NCBI GenBank assembly: GCA_018334565.1
Contig: JAGXLU010000003.1
Coordinates: 19,475-83,474 of the forward strand
Direction: 5' to 3'
DNA length: 64,000 nucleotides
Source of the DNA: Halanaerobiales bacterium
GTDB taxonomy: Bacteria > Bacillota > Halanaerobiia > Halanaerobiales > M55B127
This document shows, piece by piece, positions 19,686 through 30,174 of the stretch (positions are counted from its first letter, which is position 1; every line of letters starts with the position of its first letter). The position numbers and the translations under genes were made by a program. Below the pieces are notes generated by a model that saw only the letters and a program-made list of their open reading frames with translations, did no database searches and was not told where the DNA came from.

Positions 19686-20189
19686 ATGGCCAAAAAAAAT
19701 AAAGCTAACAGGTCTTTAACATTAGTTATTATTATTATGGCAATTATTTGTGTTTTTATCGGTTATCTGGTGGGGATAAACCTATTTAAGTGGATGAAAA
19801 ACGGCAGTACTCCTCGAACACAAACAGATAATTACATAGTAGAAGAAAGTCAACAAGAAGATGAAAATAGGGTCATTGAAGAGGATAATGAGCAACAACA
19901 AAAAGCCACAGGCATTGAAAGTGATCGAAATGAAGATAATATAAACATTGATACGGACGAAATGAAAGTTGACTATGCAAATTTCTACAAAATACAGGTT
20001 GGAGCATTTTCGAATCGGGCAAATGCCGAAAGTTTAAAAAATGAACTTGAAGATAATGGCTATAGTGTTATAATTAAAGAGGTGGCCACTTTTAAAGTAA
20101 GGGTAATTGGAACAGAATCAAGGGAGGAAACTGAAAAAATCCAAAATGAATTGCAAGAAATAGGTTATGAAACATTTATTGTAAAATAA
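19686..20189 (+). CDS. SPOR domain-containing membrane protein
   Basis: N-terminal TM anchor and acidic linker. C-terminal YKIQVGAFSNRANAESLKNELEDNGY is a SPOR repeat signature. Confidence 0.75.
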   Translation: MAKKNKANRSLTLVIIIMAIICVFIGYLVGINLFKWMKNGSTPRTQTDNYIVEESQQEDENRVIEEDNEQQQKATGIESDRNEDNINIDTDEMKVDYANFYKIQVGAFSNRANAESLKNELEDNGYSVIIKEVATFKVRVIGTESREETEKIQNELQEIGYETFIVK

Positions 20190-20271
20190 CTTGCAGTTTC
20201 TTATAACCTATTATAGAATTAATGTAGTTAATTTTTTAATAAAAATATTTACTAAAATCAGAGGTGAGATA

Positions 20272-21591
20272 ATGAGTATACTCACATTCAAACAGGGTAT
20301 TCATCCAGAGTATCATAAAGACCTTACAAAGGAGAAACCATTAAAAAAAGCTAACAGACCTAAAGAAGTAATTATTCCACTCCAACAACATATTGGAGCG
20401 CCTTTAGATCCCTTAGTCAAAAAAGGTGACCATGTTAAAAAATATCAAAAATTGGCGGATACAGAAAGTTTTGTAGCTGCACCTGTACATACTTCTGTAT
20501 CTGGGACTATTAAATCAATTGAAAAAATCAGGACTCCTTCCGGACAGAAGATTCTTTCTTTTATCATAAAGGCAGATGAAGAAGATGAAGAAGTTGATTA
20601 TTCTTTAAAAACAAATAAAGAGGCGAAGGATTTGAGTCCCAAAGAAATTATTAAAATAATTCGAGAAGCAGGTATAGTTGGACTGGGAGGAGCTATGTTT
20701 CCTACCCATGTGAAGCTGTCTGTACCAGAAGATAAAAAAATTGATTATTTTATATTAAATGGTATTGAATGCGAGCCTTTTTTAAATGTTGATAATAGAA
20801 TGATGATTGAGCGATCATCAGATATTATTGCCGGGATGAAGCTGATGATGAAAGCAGCTGGTGTTAAGAAAGGATTTATAGGTATTGAGAATAATAAACC
20901 CCGGGCCATTTCAAATATGAAATCAGCTGTAAAAAATGAAGATAATATTGAAATCAAGGTTTTCGAAACCAAATATCCCCAGGGTGGAGAGAAAATGCTA
21001 ATTAAAGCTGCTTTGGGTAGAGAGGTCCCTAAAGGAGGGTTGCCTCTTGATATTGGTGTTATAGTCAATAATATATCTACTGCCGTGGCAGTTTTTGAAG
21101 CAGTTAATGAAGGCAAGCCGTTAACTGAAAGGCCGATTACTGTCACCGGAGAAGGTATTATGAATCCGACAAATCTTTATTATAAAATTGGAACCCCAAT
21201 CAAAGACTTAATTGAAAAAGCGGGTGGATTTCAGGGAGAACCGGCCAAAATAATTTTGGGAGGGCCCATGACAGGTTCTGCACAACAATCCATTGAAGTA
21301 CCGACAGTAAAAGGGACTTCAGGTATAATTGTTTTACATGAGAAAAGTGTGGCCAAATTTGATGCTAAACCCTGTATTAGATGTGCCAGATGCGTTGATT
21401 GTTGTCCGATGTATCTATTACCGCTAAAGTTATCTGATCTATCTCAATTTGAGAGGTATGATGAACTTGAAAAATATGATGTGCAGAGCTGTATAGAATG
21501 TGGTACATGTTCTTATATTTGTCCAGCTGACAGACCTCTATTAGATTATATTAGAATTGGCAAAATGGAAGATATGAAGATGAAAAAATAA
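20272..21591 (+). CDS. rnfC: Rnf electron-transport complex subunit C
   Basis: Start at ATG after GAGGTGA. GIVGLGGA.FPTHVK and two CxxCxxCxxxCP ferredoxin motifs. First gene of rnfCDGEAB. Confidence 0.9.
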   Translation: MSILTFKQGIHPEYHKDLTKEKPLKKANRPKEVIIPLQQHIGAPLDPLVKKGDHVKKYQKLADTESFVAAPVHTSVSGTIKSIEKIRTPSGQKILSFIIKADEEDEEVDYSLKTNKEAKDLSPKEIIKIIREAGIVGLGGAMFPTHVKLSVPEDKKIDYFILNGIECEPFLNVDNRMMIERSSDIIAGMKLMMKAAGVKKGFIGIENNKPRAISNMKSAVKNEDNIEIKVFETKYPQGGEKMLIKAALGREVPKGGLPLDIGVIVNNISTAVAVFEAVNEGKPLTERPITVTGEGIMNPTNLYYKIGTPIKDLIEKAGGFQGEPAKIILGGPMTGSAQQSIEVPTVKGTSGIIVLHEKSVAKFDAKPCIRCARCVDCCPMYLLPLKLSDLSQFERYDELEKYDVQSCIECGTCSYICPADRPLLDYIRIGKMEDMKMKK

Positions 21592-21612
21592 CTATAGTAA
21601 GGAGGATAGTTT

Positions 21613-22521
21613 ATGAATAAAGAACAGCTGATCTTTACATCAAATCCACATATCAAGGATTCGACCTCTGTAGAGGATATTATGTGGACAGTCGTATTTG
21701 CTCTTGTACCTGCTGTATTAGCTTCCACATATTTTTTTGGGTTGAGGGCTTTACTTGTTATTGCTGTAAGTATTATTGGAGCAGTAATAACGGAATACAT
21801 ATTTTTAAAAATAAGGAAAAAAGAGATTGTGATAGATGATGGAAGTGCTGTATTGACAGGCTTATTACTTGCCTTGACCCTACCTCCATCTATTCCTTTA
21901 TGGACAGCTTTTTTGGGCAGTATAGTTGCTATAGGATTAGGGAAACAGGTATTTGGTGGATTGGGATTTAATCCCTTTAACCCAGCCCTGGTTGGAAGGG
22001 CATTTTTGACAGCATCTTATCCTGTGTTGATGACTACCTGGGTTTTAGATGGTACTTCAACTGCTACCCCGCTCAGCTACATCAATAATGGAGAATTAAT
22101 AGAGACATGGGATTTATTTATTGGTAATATTGGAGGTTCATTGGGGGAAACTTCAGCTTTAGCTCTTTTGTTAGGAGCAGCCTATTTAATTTACAAGGGA
22201 TATATCAATTGGAGAATACCAACCGGAATGATATCCTCTGTAATTGTAATTTCTTTTTTAGCAGGTGAAAATCCAATCTTACATATTTTTGCAGGCAGCC
22301 TTATTATTGGTGCTTTCTATATGGCTACTGATATGGTTACATCCCCAGTTACTAAAAAAGCCAGGTGGGTTTTTGGAATAGGTGCAGGTTTGTTAGTGGC
22401 TATTATAAGATTTTGGGGCGGTTATCCAGAGGGTGTTATGTATTCGATCCTATTGATGAATACAACCGTACCTCTTTTAGACAGATATCTAAAACCGAAA
22501 ACCTTGGGGGTGGTTGAGTAA
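21613..22521 (+). CDS. rnfD: Rnf complex subunit D
   Basis: NqrB/RnfD-like polytopic protein with the FMN-binding ..TSATPL.. motif. Confidence 0.9.
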   Translation: MNKEQLIFTSNPHIKDSTSVEDIMWTVVFALVPAVLASTYFFGLRALLVIAVSIIGAVITEYIFLKIRKKEIVIDDGSAVLTGLLLALTLPPSIPLWTAFLGSIVAIGLGKQVFGGLGFNPFNPALVGRAFLTASYPVLMTTWVLDGTSTATPLSYINNGELIETWDLFIGNIGGSLGETSALALLLGAAYLIYKGYINWRIPTGMISSVIVISFLAGENPILHIFAGSLIIGAFYMATDMVTSPVTKKARWVFGIGAGLLVAIIRFWGGYPEGVMYSILLMNTTVPLLDRYLKPKTLGVVE

Positions 22522-23078
22522 TGGAGAAAAAAATAAGTAAATTAGTTATTACTTTGACAGTGATTGGTATTATTTCTGCTATTGCTTTATCATTTGTATA
22601 TCAATGGACAACCCCCTATATAGAGGAACATCAAGCTGAAGCACAAAAAAAAGCAATTAATGCCGTTTTACCGCAGGCAGAGGAAGTTAAAGAAGTAGAA
22701 AAAGCCGGGCAAACCTTTTATGAAGGTTATGATTCAAATGGAAACAGAATAGGTGTTGCGATAAATGCTTCAGGACCAGGTTATCAAAATGTCATAGAGT
22801 TGATGATCGGTGTAAATATAAATGTAGATAAGATTTATGCCATTAAAATTTTAAGTCATGAAGAAACACCCGGTCTGGGAGCAAGAATAAATGGAGATGA
22901 ATTTAAGAGTAATTTTGTTGATAAAGAATTTGGTGATTATGATGTTGTAAAAAGACAGGCAAAAACTGAAATGGAAGTAGAAGCTATTGCAGGTGCTACA
23001 ATATCTTCGAAAAGTGTAACAAGTATTGTTGAAAAAGCAATTAAACAAATACAAAGTGCTTATGGAGGTGGGGCATAA
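22521..23078 (+). CDS. rnfG: Rnf complex subunit G (FMN-binding)
   Basis: N-terminal anchor plus HEETPGLG and ..AIAGATISS.. FMN-binding motifs. Confidence 0.9.
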   Translation: MEKKISKLVITLTVIGIISAIALSFVYQWTTPYIEEHQAEAQKKAINAVLPQAEEVKEVEKAGQTFYEGYDSNGNRIGVAINASGPGYQNVIELMIGVNINVDKIYAIKILSHEETPGLGARINGDEFKSNFVDKEFGDYDVVKRQAKTEMEVEAIAGATISSKSVTSIVEKAIKQIQSAYGGGA

Positions 23079-23677
23079 TGTTAAAAAGAATTCTGTATGA
23101 TTTTAAGAATGGACTCTGGAGAGAGAATCCTATTATAGTATTAGTTATTGGTATGTGTCCTACTTTAGCTGTTACCAATACCGTGCAAAATGGTTTAGCT
23201 ATGGGTATAGCTACTTCTTTTGTATTATTATCATCTGAAATAGTAATTTCCCTTTTCAAAAAGTTTATTCCCAATAATGTGAGAATTCCCAGTTTTATAT
23301 TAATTATAGCCACATTTGTTACATTTACCGACTTTTTTTTGAAGGCTTTTTTCCCAGACATTGCCACTTCGCTTAGTTTGTTCATACCTCTGATAGTTGT
23401 AAACTGTTTAATCCTAGGAAGGCAAGAAGCTTTTGCTTCTAAGAATCCTACCAGGAGGGCTATTGCAGATGCTCTTGGGATGGGGATTGGTTTCACTTGG
23501 GTTTTAGTTTTGTTGAGTGCTGTGAGAGAATTGCTCGGTATGGGTTCTATTTTTGGCCTGACAATCCTGGGCAGCTGGTATCAACCAATGGTAATTATGA
23601 TTTTACCTGCAGGTGCATTTATCAGTTTAGGAGTATTAGTAGGCTTTATGAATGTATTAAAAAGGAGGGGTAACTAA
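23078..23677 (+). CDS. rnfE: Rnf complex subunit E
   Basis: RnfE/NqrD-like 6-TM protein (..LGMCPTLAVT.. , ..IPLIVVNC.ILGR..). Confidence 0.9.
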   Translation: MLKRILYDFKNGLWRENPIIVLVIGMCPTLAVTNTVQNGLAMGIATSFVLLSSEIVISLFKKFIPNNVRIPSFILIIATFVTFTDFFLKAFFPDIATSLSLFIPLIVVNCLILGRQEAFASKNPTRRAIADALGMGIGFTWVLVLLSAVRELLGMGSIFGLTILGSWYQPMVIMILPAGAFISLGVLVGFMNVLKRRGN

Positions 23678-24267
23678 TGGAAGAATTGAGAGTTGTAATT
23701 CTTGTTTTTATTAGTACAGTATTAATTAATAATTTTATATTGGTTAAATTTTTAGGTATTTGCCCCTTTTTGGGAGTTTCAAAACAGGTAGAAACTGCTT
23801 TTAGTATGGGAATGGCTACAACTTTTGTAATGACTCTAACTGCAGCTGCTACTTGGTTAATAAATACATATATACTTGAATATTTCAATTTGCCGTTTTT
23901 AAGATATGTGTCTTTTATAATTGTGATAGCATCTTTAGTTCAATTTGTTGAGATGTTTATCAAAAAATCCAGTCCAGTATTATATAAGGCATTAGGTATT
24001 TATTTACCCCTTATAACAACTAACTGTGCTATTTTAGGCCTTGCTCTCTTGATTCCCCTTAATGGATATAATTTTATAACAAGTGTTGTTTTTGGGTTAG
24101 GGGCAGGTATAGGTTTTACACTTGCCATTGTATTAATGGCTGGTTTAAGAGAATCTTTAGAATTTGGTGATGTTCCAGAGTCTTTGAAGGGAGTACCCAT
24201 AACTTTAATATTGGCAGGAATAATGGCGATGGCTTTTATGGGTTTCTCAGGTTTAATATCAATTTAG
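23677..24267 (+). CDS. rnfA: Rnf complex subunit A
   Basis: RnfA/NqrE-like (..FLGICPFLGVS.. , ..LPLITTNCAILG..). Confidence 0.9.
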   Translation: MEELRVVILVFISTVLINNFILVKFLGICPFLGVSKQVETAFSMGMATTFVMTLTAAATWLINTYILEYFNLPFLRYVSFIIVIASLVQFVEMFIKKSSPVLYKALGIYLPLITTNCAILGLALLIPLNGYNFITSVVFGLGAGIGFTLAIVLMAGLRESLEFGDVPESLKGVPITLILAGIMAMAFMGFSGLISI

Positions 24268-24295
24268 GCTAGGATATAATATTGGAGGTGACAAT

Positions 24296-25285
24296 GTGGA
24301 TTCTATTTATATATATTCCATTTTAAGCATGGGAGGCATTGGAGCAATACTTGCTCTCGGTTTAGGGCTTGCTGCAAAAAAGTTTCATGTTGAAGTAGAT
24401 GAAAGGATTAAAGAAGTAGAAAAGGTACTACCGGGAGCCAACTGTGGTGCTTGTGGTTATGCTGGTTGCAGCAGTTTTGCGGAAGCAGTTATTAAAGGAG
24501 ATGCTGAAATAAATGGATGTCCTGTTGGCGGTAATGAAGTAGCTGAAAAAATAGCGGAAATTCTTGGTGTACAAGAAGAAACAAATGAAACTGTCAAGGC
24601 TCAGCTTTTATGTAGTGGGGGAATTAAAGAGACAAAAAAAATTTCAGAGTATCATGGCATTGAAACCTGTAAAGCGGTTAGTTCTATAAATGGAGGTAGC
24701 AAAAGCTGTCAATATGCCTGTTTGGGTTATGGTGATTGTGAAGAGGTATGTCCTTTTGATGCTATAGAGATGAGTGAAAATGGGTTACCAATTATTGATA
24801 AAGAGAAGTGTACCGGCTGTGGTAAATGTGTTCAAGCATGTCCGCAGAACATAATAGTTTTAGCACCTGAAGATAAGTTAAACCACATAAGGTGTTCATC
24901 ACATGAACCTGGTAAGGTTGTTTCAAAAATTTGTGAAGTAGGCTGTATAGGTTGTTCACTTTGTGTAAAGACCTGTCCTATCGATGCAATCAAAATGGAA
25001 GATAACTTAGCTGTAATAGATTATGATAAATGTATCAATTGTGGTCTTTGTTCTGAGAAGTGTCCAACCGGAACGATTGAGTTTAATGGTAGATTAATTG
25101 AAAAGGTCGTAATCACAGATCAATGTGTGGGCTGCACAAGGTGTGCTAAAGCCTGTCCGGTTAATGCAATTGAGGGTGAATTAAAAAAGGTGCATGAAAT
25201 TGATCAAAACAAATGTGTGAAGTGTGGTCTCTGTTATGATGTTTGTAAAGTTGAGGGTGCTATTGAAGTTACATATAAAAAATAA
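24296..25285 (+). CDS. rnfB: Rnf complex subunit B with extended polyferredoxin domain
   Basis: GTG start. N-terminal anchor, the CGACGYAGC motif, and multiple CxxCxxCxxxCP clusters. Confidence 0.9.
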   Translation: MDSIYIYSILSMGGIGAILALGLGLAAKKFHVEVDERIKEVEKVLPGANCGACGYAGCSSFAEAVIKGDAEINGCPVGGNEVAEKIAEILGVQEETNETVKAQLLCSGGIKETKKISEYHGIETCKAVSSINGGSKSCQYACLGYGDCEEVCPFDAIEMSENGLPIIDKEKCTGCGKCVQACPQNIIVLAPEDKLNHIRCSSHEPGKVVSKICEVGCIGCSLCVKTCPIDAIKMEDNLAVIDYDKCINCGLCSEKCPTGTIEFNGRLIEKVVITDQCVGCTRCAKACPVNAIEGELKKVHEIDQNKCVKCGLCYDVCKVEGAIEVTYKK

Positions 25286-25330
25286 AAACAACTAAGGTAG
25301 TAATTTTTTATAAATTACATACACGTAATC

Positions 25331-25359
25331 AAAACCGGGCTTTTATGCTCGGTTTTTTT
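25331..25359 (+). terminator. rho-independent terminator after rnfB
   Basis: AAAACCGGGC-TTTTAT-GCTCGGTTTTTTT: 7-bp GC-rich stem (one G-U pair) plus a T7 tail. Confidence 0.6.
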
Positions 25360-25374
25360 AATTTGATTATAGAA

Positions 25375-25403
25375 TAGACATTTGCCCTAAAAAATGTTAA
25401 AAT
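25375..25403 (+). promoter_or_regulatory. candidate sigma-A promoter (TAGACA-17 nt-TAAAAT with extended TGn)
   Basis: Read from the sequence. 25 nt upstream of the TTG start at 25429. Confidence 0.35.
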
Positions 25404-25428
25404 AATAACGATTAGGAGAGGGATTTAT

Positions 25429-25848
25429 TTGGAAATAATTAATGGTTATTTAAGTAGATATGATAAATTGTTAATCCTAATAATCGTTATTTTATCAATG
25501 ATTATGATTGTTTATCCTTTTATTGATGCTTACTTTAAAAATGATATTAATCAGCGGGCACAGATTTATATACAGGATAGTTCTAATAAGATAACCAAGA
25601 TTAAAATTTCAGACACTTACCAACCAGAACCTATAATTATTGAAGTCGAAGGTCCAATTGGAATTTCAATAATAGAAGCTCACCAGGGTAGGGTAAGATT
25701 AAAAGAAGCTCCTGTTAAAGATCCAGCCAAGATATGTGAGAAAACAGGCTGGATATCAAAAAGTGGTCCGTCTATCATCTGTGTACCAAACAGAATATCT
25801 ATCTGGATCGAAAATAGTGATAGCGAAATTGATGCTGTTTCCTGGTGA
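25429..25848 (+). CDS. NusG domain II-containing protein (DUF1312)
   Basis: TTG start. N-terminal TM plus ..GRVRLKEAPVKDPAKIC...GWISK.G..IICVPN.. motif. Usual partner of the downstream Gx transporter gene. Confidence 0.65.
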   Translation: MEIINGYLSRYDKLLILIIVILSMIMIVYPFIDAYFKNDINQRAQIYIQDSSNKITKIKISDTYQPEPIIIEVEGPIGISIIEAHQGRVRLKEAPVKDPAKICEKTGWISKSGPSIICVPNRISIWIENSDSEIDAVSW

Positions 25849-25952
25849 AGTTTAAATTCGTTTGCTTTAAAGGTGATTTGTAATTTTTATTGAAATATTT
25901 AACATACCGCCTTAAATATTTAAGTTGTAATTTAGAAACGAGGTTTGACTTG

Positions 25953-26471
25953 ATGAATACAAAAAAAATAGTAATAGTTGCTCTATTAGTTGGCTTGGGA
26001 ATTGTGCTTCATATTGTAGAAAATATGCTAGCTCTTTCTTTTGTTATTCCTGGAGCCAAGCTGGGGTTAGCGAATATTTCCAATTTGCTTGGTTTGTTGT
26101 TATTTGGATTTTTAGCAGGTTTAGAGATTTTATTATTAAGAATATTTTTAGGATCTATTTTGGCGGGTACTTTTATGACTGTGAATTTTTATTTAAGTTT
26201 AAGTGGTGGGATATTGGGTTATATAATAATGGCTCTCCTATTTTATTATTTTAAAGATAAATTTAGTATAATTGGAGTAAGTATAGGTGGATCTGTTTTT
26301 CACAACGTTGGTCAGGTTTTGACTGCTTTTTTAATCATATCTAATGCTGCAATTTTTTATTACTTGCCATATTTAATGTTGCTTGCTTTACCAACAGGTA
26401 TAGGTATAGGTCTTGTGGTGTTATTAACCTTAAAATATCTCCCCCATGAATTAAAAGGGGTTGAAATATAA
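25953..26471 (+). CDS. Gx transporter family protein (heptaprenyl diphosphate synthase component I-like, PF07456)
   Basis: 5-TM protein with ..IPGAKLGLANI.. motif. ATG 25953 is preceded by an AACGAGG SD. Confidence 0.7.
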   Translation: MNTKKIVIVALLVGLGIVLHIVENMLALSFVIPGAKLGLANISNLLGLLLFGFLAGLEILLLRIFLGSILAGTFMTVNFYLSLSGGILGYIIMALLFYYFKDKFSIIGVSIGGSVFHNVGQVLTAFLIISNAAIFYYLPYLMLLALPTGIGIGLVVLLTLKYLPHELKGVEI

Positions 26472-27052
26472 TGAAAAATGGGAAAGTTATTTTAGCTTCG
26501 TCTTCTGATAGGAGGAAAAAACTTTTAAATAGAATAGGTATAAAATATACAGCAATGCCTAGTAAATTAAATGAAAATAATTACAATTTTGATAATCCGA
26601 TTGAATTAGTTGAAGGATTGGCTTTTGCTAAGGCTTCGGAGGTAGCAGATTTTGTGGAGGATGCCTTAATTATTTCTGCAGATACCATTATAGTATTTGA
26701 TGATAAGATGCTTGGTAAACCGAAGGATAAAGAGGATGCCTTTCAAATGCTGAAGAAGTTAAGTAATAATAAACATCAAGTATATACCGGATTAGCAGTA
26801 ATATTAACTGATGATCAAAAGCACTATGTAGGTCATGATATGACCGAGGTTTTTATGCGGGAAATTGATGATAAAGAAATTGAAAGCTATATTAATACAG
26901 GAGAACCTATGGACAAAGCAGGTTCTTATGGTATACAGGGGAAAGGTGGTATATTTGTAGAAAAAATAATAGGATCTTTCTTTACAGTAATGGGGCTTCC
27001 TATTCACCAACTTTCAACTGTATTGAAAAATTTCAATATAGAACTCTTATAA
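26471..27052 (+). CDS. maf: Maf-like nucleoside triphosphate pyrophosphatase (septum formation protein)
   Basis: ILASSS.RR..LL and ..GSYGIQG.. motifs. Sits upstream of radC-mreBCD. Confidence 0.9.
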   Translation: MKNGKVILASSSDRRKKLLNRIGIKYTAMPSKLNENNYNFDNPIELVEGLAFAKASEVADFVEDALIISADTIIVFDDKMLGKPKDKEDAFQMLKKLSNNKHQVYTGLAVILTDDQKHYVGHDMTEVFMREIDDKEIESYINTGEPMDKAGSYGIQGKGGIFVEKIIGSFFTVMGLPIHQLSTVLKNFNIELL

Positions 27053-27109
27053 ATTAGAAAGGGGATAAATTCAAAGATTTTAACAAAGGACAAATATACA
27101 ATAAAAGAA

Positions 27110-27769
27110 ATGCCTATTGATAAAAGGCCAAGAGAAAAGATGATTAAGTATGGAAGTAAAAGCCTTAACACAGAGGAATTAATCGCATTGATAATAAGGA
27201 CAGGTAGTAAAACTGATACTGCAATAAGCCTTGCCAATAATTTAATGAATAAAACTGCTGGTTTAAAAGGAATGATAGCCTTTACACCGGAAGAGTTTAT
27301 GCAATATAAGGGTATAGGCAAGGCTAAAAGCACTCAACTATGTGCTGTTATTGAATTGAGTAAAAGAATTAATAGGTGTAATTTTCAAGGAGAAATAAGT
27401 ATAAATGGCCCTGAAGATGTCGCCTCCCTTTTGATGTCTGAAATGCGGCATTTCAAGCAAGAACACCTTTATGCATTGTTATTGGATGTTAAGAATAAAT
27501 TAATCGCCAAATTGCTTATAAGCAAAGGTGGTTTAGCCAGTTCGTTAGTTCATCCGCGTGAGGTATTCAAACCTGCCATTAAAAAGAGCAGTGCTTCAGT
27601 TATAGTAGTGCATAATCATCCCAGTGGAGATCCAACTCCCAGTCAGAATGATATAGAGGTAACAAACAATTTGTTTTCTGCAGGAGAGGTTTTAAAAATA
27701 AAAGTATTGGATCATGTTATCATTGGTGATGGAAGATATGTGAGTATGAAAGAAAAAAAATTATTTTAA
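27110..27769 (+). CDS. radC: RadC-family JAB-domain protein
   Basis: ..RPREKM..YG...L...ELIALIIRTG.. and HNHPSGDP.PS..D JAMM motif. Confidence 0.85.
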   Translation: MPIDKRPREKMIKYGSKSLNTEELIALIIRTGSKTDTAISLANNLMNKTAGLKGMIAFTPEEFMQYKGIGKAKSTQLCAVIELSKRINRCNFQGEISINGPEDVASLLMSEMRHFKQEHLYALLLDVKNKLIAKLLISKGGLASSLVHPREVFKPAIKKSSASVIVVHNHPSGDPTPSQNDIEVTNNLFSAGEVLKIKVLDHVIIGDGRYVSMKEKKLF

Positions 27770-27790
27770 AATATTAAGGAGGAATAAAAG

Positions 27791-28828
27791 TTGTTTAATT
27801 TTTTAAGCGCACCTTTTTCCCGGGATATGGGAATAGATTTAGGAACAGCTAATACCCTGGTATATATGAAAGGCAAAGGTATTATTATTAGAGAACCATC
27901 TGTAGTGGCTTTAAAAGAAAAAGACAGAAAAATACTGGCAGTTGGCAATGAAGCGAAAAATATGATTGGTAGAACACCTGGAAATATTAAGGCGGTCAGG
28001 CCTATGAAAGATGGAGTAATTGCAGATTTTGACGTGACAGAAACCATGTTAAGGCATTTTATTAGAAAGGCTCACAAGAGAAACAGATTGGTCAGACCGA
28101 GGATTATAATTTGTGTGCCCTCTGGAGTAACAGAGGTTGAAAAAAGAGCGGTTATTGATGCTGCTTTACAGGCGGGGGCCAGAAGTGCATTTTTAATTGA
28201 AGAGCCGATGGCAGCTGCAATTGGGGCCGGCTTGCCTATTCATGAGCCAACGGGGAATATGATAGTTGATATTGGAGGCGGAACTACAGAGGTAGCTGTG
28301 ATTTCTCTGGGAGGTATCGTTACCAGTAGTTCTATTAGAATTGGTGGTGATGAAATGGATACAGCCATAGCACAGTATATTAAAAAGAAGTATAAGTTAA
28401 TGATTGGGGAAAGAACAGCCGAACAAATTAAAATTGATATAGGGACTGCTACTGCTGATAATGAAGATTTAACTAAGGAGATTAAAGGCAGAGATTTAGT
28501 AAATGGTTTACCTAAGACGATTACTATAAACTCTCAGGAAATAAAAGATGCCTTAAAAGAAACTGTTAACAGCATACTGGACGCTGTAAAAAGAACTCTG
28601 GAAAAAACCCCACCTGAATTAGCCTCAGATGTTATGGGTAGAGGAATAATATTAACAGGTGGAGGAGCATTATTACATGGCATTGACAAACTGTTGATAG
28701 ATATAACTCAGATGCCCGTTTATTTGGCTGATCAGCCTTTAGATTGTGTGGTTAATGGTACTGGCAATGCATTAGAAGAGTTGGATAAAATAAAGGATCT
28801 TTTAATTACTCCAAAAAAATTATCATAG
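27791..28828 (+). CDS. mreB: rod shape-determining protein MreB
   Basis: TTG start. [10 protein letters not shown]..., [10 protein letters not shown] and [13 protein letters not shown] motifs. Confidence 0.95.
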   Translation: MFNFLSAPFSRDMGIDLGTANTLVYMKGKGIIIREPSVVALKEKDRKILAVGNEAKNMIGRTPGNIKAVRPMKDGVIADFDVTETMLRHFIRKAHKRNRLVRPRIIICVPSGVTEVEKRAVIDAALQAGARSAFLIEEPMAAAIGAGLPIHEPTGNMIVDIGGGTTEVAVISLGGIVTSSSIRIGGDEMDTAIAQYIKKKYKLMIGERTAEQIKIDIGTATADNEDLTKEIKGRDLVNGLPKTITINSQEIKDALKETVNSILDAVKRTLEKTPPELASDVMGRGIILTGGGALLHGIDKLLIDITQMPVYLADQPLDCVVNGTGNALEELDKIKDLLITPKKLS

Positions 28829-28840
28829 GGAGAGTATAAA

Positions 28841-29665
28841 TTGTACAGAAGAGAAAAAATGATTGTCATTACAATTATAATAATATTACTAGCATTAGCA
28901 GCTGGTCTTTATTTTTTTAATATCAACATTCCTTACTTTCAGTATTTAGAGAGGGGTATATATAATCTAATCAGCCCTGTAGTTGAATTTTTTAGTGGGT
29001 TATATAATTTTTTCATATCATATTGGCAGGGGTTATTAAATTTAGATGAAATGATTCAAAAAAATAAGGAATTAGAACATAATCTTGCTGATCTAAAATT
29101 GGAAAATATTATGCTTGAAAGTTATAAAAAAGAGAATGAGAGGCTTAGAAAGCTGTTATCATTTAAAGAACATGTAACTTTTAAAACCTTAGGGGCTTCT
29201 GTAATAGGTTTTGCACCTTCTATATGGGAAAACAAGCTAATTATAAATCGGGGTTCAAATGATGGTGTTAGGAAAAAGATGCCTGTTATAAGTTACAATG
29301 GATCTCTGGCAGGTAGAGTTGATTATGTGGGTTCTAATAGTTCTCATGTTTCATTAATTTATGATCCTGAATTTATTGTCGGTGGAATTGTGCAAAGAAG
29401 TGAATCACGGGCTATAGGTATGGTTAACGGAAAATTAAATAATGAAGAAGTCAATATTATGGATAAAATTTCTTGGAGTGCAGATATTAAAAAAGGTGAT
29501 ATAATTGTAACTTCAGGTTTTTCCAATAACTATCCTAAAGGATTACCAATTGGGAGAGTTGAAAGCGTATTTTCAGATAATTATGGATTATCACAGGGTG
29601 CAGAAATAAAGTTATTTAGTTCAATTAATACAATCGAAGAGGTATTAATTATTACTAATTTTTAG
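28841..29665 (+). CDS. mreC: rod shape-determining protein MreC
   Basis: TM anchor, coiled coil (LENIMLESYKKENERLRKLL) and C-terminal ..VTSG....YPKGLPIG.V.. motif. Confidence 0.85.
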   Translation: MYRREKMIVITIIIILLALAAGLYFFNINIPYFQYLERGIYNLISPVVEFFSGLYNFFISYWQGLLNLDEMIQKNKELEHNLADLKLENIMLESYKKENERLRKLLSFKEHVTFKTLGASVIGFAPSIWENKLIINRGSNDGVRKKMPVISYNGSLAGRVDYVGSNSSHVSLIYDPEFIVGGIVQRSESRAIGMVNGKLNNEEVNIMDKISWSADIKKGDIIVTSGFSNNYPKGLPIGRVESVFSDNYGLSQGAEIKLFSSINTIEEVLIITNF

Positions 29666-29676
29666 GGGGAATCTCT

Positions 29677-30174
29677 TTGAATCGCAATCTTATCTTTGTC
29701 CTTTTCTTAATAATTGGATTAGTTCTACAAGTTACATTTTTCTCCCTATCTACTCCCTGGGGTGTTAGGCCTGATTTGGTTTTAGTTATTATAATAGTTA
29801 TATCTATTCTTGAAGGTCCTAAAACAGGTTTATTGATTGGTATTTTAGGAGGTATGTTGCAGGATATTTTTCTGGGAGAAATCATTTCAATAAATGTAAT
29901 AATAAAGGCCCCTATGGCATTTTTGCTGGGGTTTTTAGAAGAACATCTTTATAAAGATAATTACTTTTTGGCACCTGTGATCACTTTTTTTGCTTCTATT
30001 TTACATTATTTATTAATTATTATTCTATCTGAAGAACTCATATTTAATATTGATTATTGGGCAAGTTTTAAAACTGTAATTTTGCCCAGTTCATTATATA
30101 ATGCATTTTTAGGTGCTGTATTATACTTTGTGTTTTACAAATTATTTAATTATGGTGGAAATTATGGAAGATAA
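29677..30174 (+). CDS. mreD: rod shape-determining protein MreD
   Basis: 165 aa, 5-TM protein following mreC. TTG start after AGGGGGA. Confidence 0.75.
   Translation: MNRNLIFVLFLIIGLVLQVTFFSLSTPWGVRPDLVLVIIIVISILEGPKTGLLIGILGGMLQDIFLGEIISINVIIKAPMAFLLGFLEEHLYKDNYFLAPVITFFASILHYLLIIILSEELIFNIDYWASFKTVILPSSLYNAFLGAVLYFVFYKLFNYGGNYGR

Noticed and set aside
20191-20271. Longer N-terminal extensions proposed by the ORF track for rnfC (20191). The same applies to the Gx transporter (25890), folC (18347), the DUF212 protein (18279), the anSME (52976), nrdG (58610) and mrdA (30113).
   Set aside because: The internal starts have proper SD sequences and give N-termini that match the family norm. The extensions overlap upstream genes or lack RBSs.
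27053-27112. Possible upstream extension of radC with an ATT start (27077), after SD GAAAGGGGA, as a third non-canonical start.
   Set aside because: ATG 27110 already yields the conserved ..P..KRPREK.. N-terminal motif. The extra residues are not clearly conserved, so the evidence is insufficient.
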